DNA of 32,184 nucleotides from Alphaproteobacteria bacterium (lineage in GTDB: Bacteria; Pseudomonadota; Alphaproteobacteria; Rhizobiales; Xanthobacteraceae), in the NCBI GenBank assembly GCA_005884745.1, contig VAZU01000049.1:1-32184 (forward strand), given 5' to 3'. Of the stretch, positions 30,045 through 32,184 are shown in pieces. The notes beneath the pieces were generated by a model that had not been told where the DNA came from, searched no databases, and worked only from the letters and a program-made list of their open reading frames with translations. Numbering within the stretch: position 1 is the first letter of the stretch; each line of letters begins with the position of its first letter. The position numbers were made by a program, and so were the translations under genes.

Positions 30045-32184
30045 GGCAGATCCGCTGCGGGCGGGGACGGGAACAGGATGCGCGAGGCCGCCGCCAACGG
30101 CACGCGGACCCAATCGGGGCGGTTCGTCAGCTCGTAGCCGATTTCATAGACCAGCTTTTCGAGCTTGAAGAATTCGAGCAGGCGGTCTCCGACCGTTTCC
30201 TGCTCCGGCCACAGCGCGGCGACCCCGGTGACGCCGCGGTAGGCGGCGAGGAACGCTTCGGTCGAGCGCTCGCGCCAATGCTCAAGCGCCCGTTCGAGCC
30301 TCGCGTAGTCCTCCGTCGAGACCGGAATGACCCGGCCGAGCGCCGCCGTGGTGGCGTAATCGATCGAGCGGATCAGGCCGGCGGTATCGCGCGCGGCCGG
30401 CATTTTGCGCCGGCGCTCCTGGAGACTGCGGCGCGGCTCGCCTTCGAAATCGAGCACGAATACGTCGTCCTTGACGATCAGGATCTGGCCGAGATGGAAG
30501 TCGCCGTGGTGACGCGCCTTGGGCGCATCCACGGTTTCCGGCAACAGGCCGCGGATGCGCGCCAGTGCTTCGGACCGGTGGTCGAGCAGGGCCTCGGCCG
30601 CAATGCGCGCCGGCTCCGGCAGATCCGAGCGACGGCGCGCCAGCAGCTCGAATTGGCGATCCGCGTCGTGGGCGAGCGCCTCGGTCCAGCCCTGCAGGTC
30701 GTCGGCACGGATCGGCTCGGGTGCAAAGTCCGGTTCCGCCCCGCTGCCGAGCGCCAGCTGCAACTCCGCGGTGCGCTTTCCGATCTGCTGCATGCGCGGC
30801 AGATAGGCGGCGTGCTCCGGGCTCTCGGTCGCATTCTCCGACACCAGCACCTTTTGCTCGTCGAGAAACCGGTCGAGATAGGCCGCGGTCAGCGACCAGG
30901 CGTCGCCCTGGTTCTCGACGAACCGATGAACGACGCCGATCGAGGTGGTCACCCCGTCCTCCACCAGTTCGATCGACCCGAGCAGCGCCGGCGCATTCTG
31001 GTATCCGGCGGTTTCGGTCAGGAAGCGTCCGATCTCGATCTCGGAATGGATGCCCCGCTCCAGCCGTCGATACAGCTTCAGCACGAAGGCGGAATCCGCG
31101 ATCACCGTGGTGTTGGACTGCTCGGTCCCGACGGCATGCGCCGCCTCGATGGCGGGAAGCGACGAGAGCGCGAATGCCCGTGTCGGCCGAAACTCCAGCC
31201 GCCGGCCGGCGCGGTCGAGCCTGGCCCCGGCATGCAGTTGTGCGATCAGCCAGGAGACGAAATCGCGATCGGCGCTGGCATCGATCAGCACGCCTTCGCG
31301 AGCGCCGCGGCGCACCGGGCCCAGCATGTGTCGTTGCAGCTGGCCGGCGCGGTCGAGGCGGCTCCATTTGATCGTCAACGGCAGGGCGTAGTGCGACGTT
31401 CTGTCCGCCGTCGACACTTCGGCGATGCCGAGCGCAAATCCGGGATCGCCCTCCGCGACGGGAAGCACGGTCCTGAGCTTGGCGTCGAATCGCTCCCCCT
31501 TGTCCGCGAACCATCGGCTTGCCGCCAGGAACGCCGGCAGCACCTCGCGCTCGAGGACCTGATGGGAGCGGCCTTCGATCAACGAGCGCCAGCTGTGGCT
31601 GAACACCAGGGTCACCAGCTCCGGAATGATCGAGGGCGCCTCGACGGTGCCGGCATCTTCCGACAGCAGGAACCAGAAGAATCCGTACGGGGCGAGCGTG
31701 ATCAGGTACGGCGCCTCGGAAATCCGCGGGAACCGCGTGCGGCCGAGCATTTCCACCGGCACGAAGCCGCGCCACGCCGACAGGTCGATTTCCGCCGACT
31801 GGGCGGAGCGCGACAGATTGGCGACGCACAGCACGACCTCGTGCTCATACTGGCGCAGATAGACCAGCACCGCGCGATTGGCCGGGCGCAGGAACGTCAG
31901 GTTGCCGCGGCCGAACACCGGGCTCGACCGGCGCACCGCGATCAGTCGCTTCATCCAGCTCAGCAGCGACGACAAGCTGTGCGATTGCGCCTCGACGTTG
32001 ACGGCCTGATAGCCGTACACCGGATCCATGATCATCGGCAGGAACAGCTTCGCGGGATCGCAGCGCGAGAACCCGCCGTTGCGGTCCGAAGTCCACTGCA
32101 TCGGCGTGCGCACGCCGTTGCGGTCGCCCAGATAGATGTTGTCGCCCATGCCGATCTCGTCGCCGTAATAAATGATCGGCGTCC
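30041..32184 (-). CDS. treS: trehalose synthase fused to maltokinase (TreS-Pep2/Mak), C-terminal part of TreS plus the complete maltokinase domain; 5' end lies outside the window
   Basis: The frame is open to the window edge: [30 protein letters not shown] (TreS). The later motifs [19 protein letters not shown] and IRSIDYA are kinase motifs of maltokinase. Confidence 0.9.
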   Translation of the reverse strand, partial: TPIIYYGDEIGMGDNIYLGDRNGVRTPMQWTSDRNGGFSRCDPAKLFLPMIMDPVYGYQAVNVEAQSHSLSSLLSWMKRLIAVRRSSPVFGRGNLTFLRPANRAVLVYLRQYEHEVVLCVANLSRSAQSAEIDLSAWRGFVPVEMLGRTRFPRISEAPYLITLAPYGFFWFLLSEDAGTVEAPSIIPELVTLVFSHSWRSLIEGRSHQVLEREVLPAFLAASRWFADKGERFDAKLRTVLPVAEGDPGFALGIAEVSTADRTSHYALPLTIKWSRLDRAGQLQRHMLGPVRRGAREGVLIDASADRDFVSWLIAQLHAGARLDRAGRRLEFRPTRAFALSSLPAIEAAHAVGTEQSNTTVIADSAFVLKLYRRLERGIHSEIEIGRFLTETAGYQNAPALLGSIELVEDGVTTSIGVVHRFVENQGDAWSLTAAYLDRFLDEQKVLVSENATESPEHAAYLPRMQQIGKRTAELQLALGSGAEPDFAPEPIRADDLQGWTEALAHDADRQFELLARRRSDLPEPARIAAEALLDHRSEALARIRGLLPETVDAPKARHHGDFHLGQILIVKDDVFVLDFEGEPRRSLQERRRKMPAARDTAGLIRSIDYATTAALGRVIPVSTEDYARLERALEHWRERSTEAFLAAYRGVTGVAALWPEQETVGDRLLEFFKLEKLVYEIGYELTNRPDWVRVPLAAASRILFPSPPAADLP

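Overview
High-GC alphaproteobacterial chromosomal segment; a Bradyrhizobiaceae-like origin is only an inference from the protein families. It holds about 30 genes. I recognised no rRNA, tRNA, IS element or CRISPR array. The left edge is the 3' end of otsA. The right third is a minus-strand glucan/trehalose cluster, treS-pep2 -> glgB -> (lower-GC islet of tiny ORFs) -> glgX -> treZ -> treY, with ATGA/TGATG start-stop overlaps. Between them lie small exported or membrane proteins (DUF2188, DUF3309, Thivi_2564-like), a UdgX-type uracil-DNA binding protein, a PQQ sugar dehydrogenase, DegP/HtrA, MscL and a Host_attach protein. Also present are an EcfG-like ECF sigma factor followed by DUF3775, an aldo/keto reductase, DedA, an amidohydrolase, two orphan ABC substrate-binding proteins, an L,D-transpeptidase, a class A PBP and an unknown exported protein. 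Main hunt results follow. (1) There are eight exact GGAAC-N16/17-CGTT motifs, the EcfG general-stress-response promoter consensus. Seven are intergenic and correctly oriented 19-203 nt upstream of start codons, against about 0.4-0.5 expected by chance, so the window looks like a dense block of general stress response (GSR) regulon that includes glgX-treZ-treY. (2) The EcfG-like sigma gene has its own EcfG-type promoter, no nepR/phyR neighbours, and a DUF3775 gene downstream. (3) Three genes (amidohydrolase, PBP1A-like, glgB) each carry a short out-of-frame internal deletion that removes conserved residues. (4) A lower-GC islet of overlapping mini-ORFs splits the glg/tre cluster. Everything is based on reading the sequence and ORF translations; no database search was possible.
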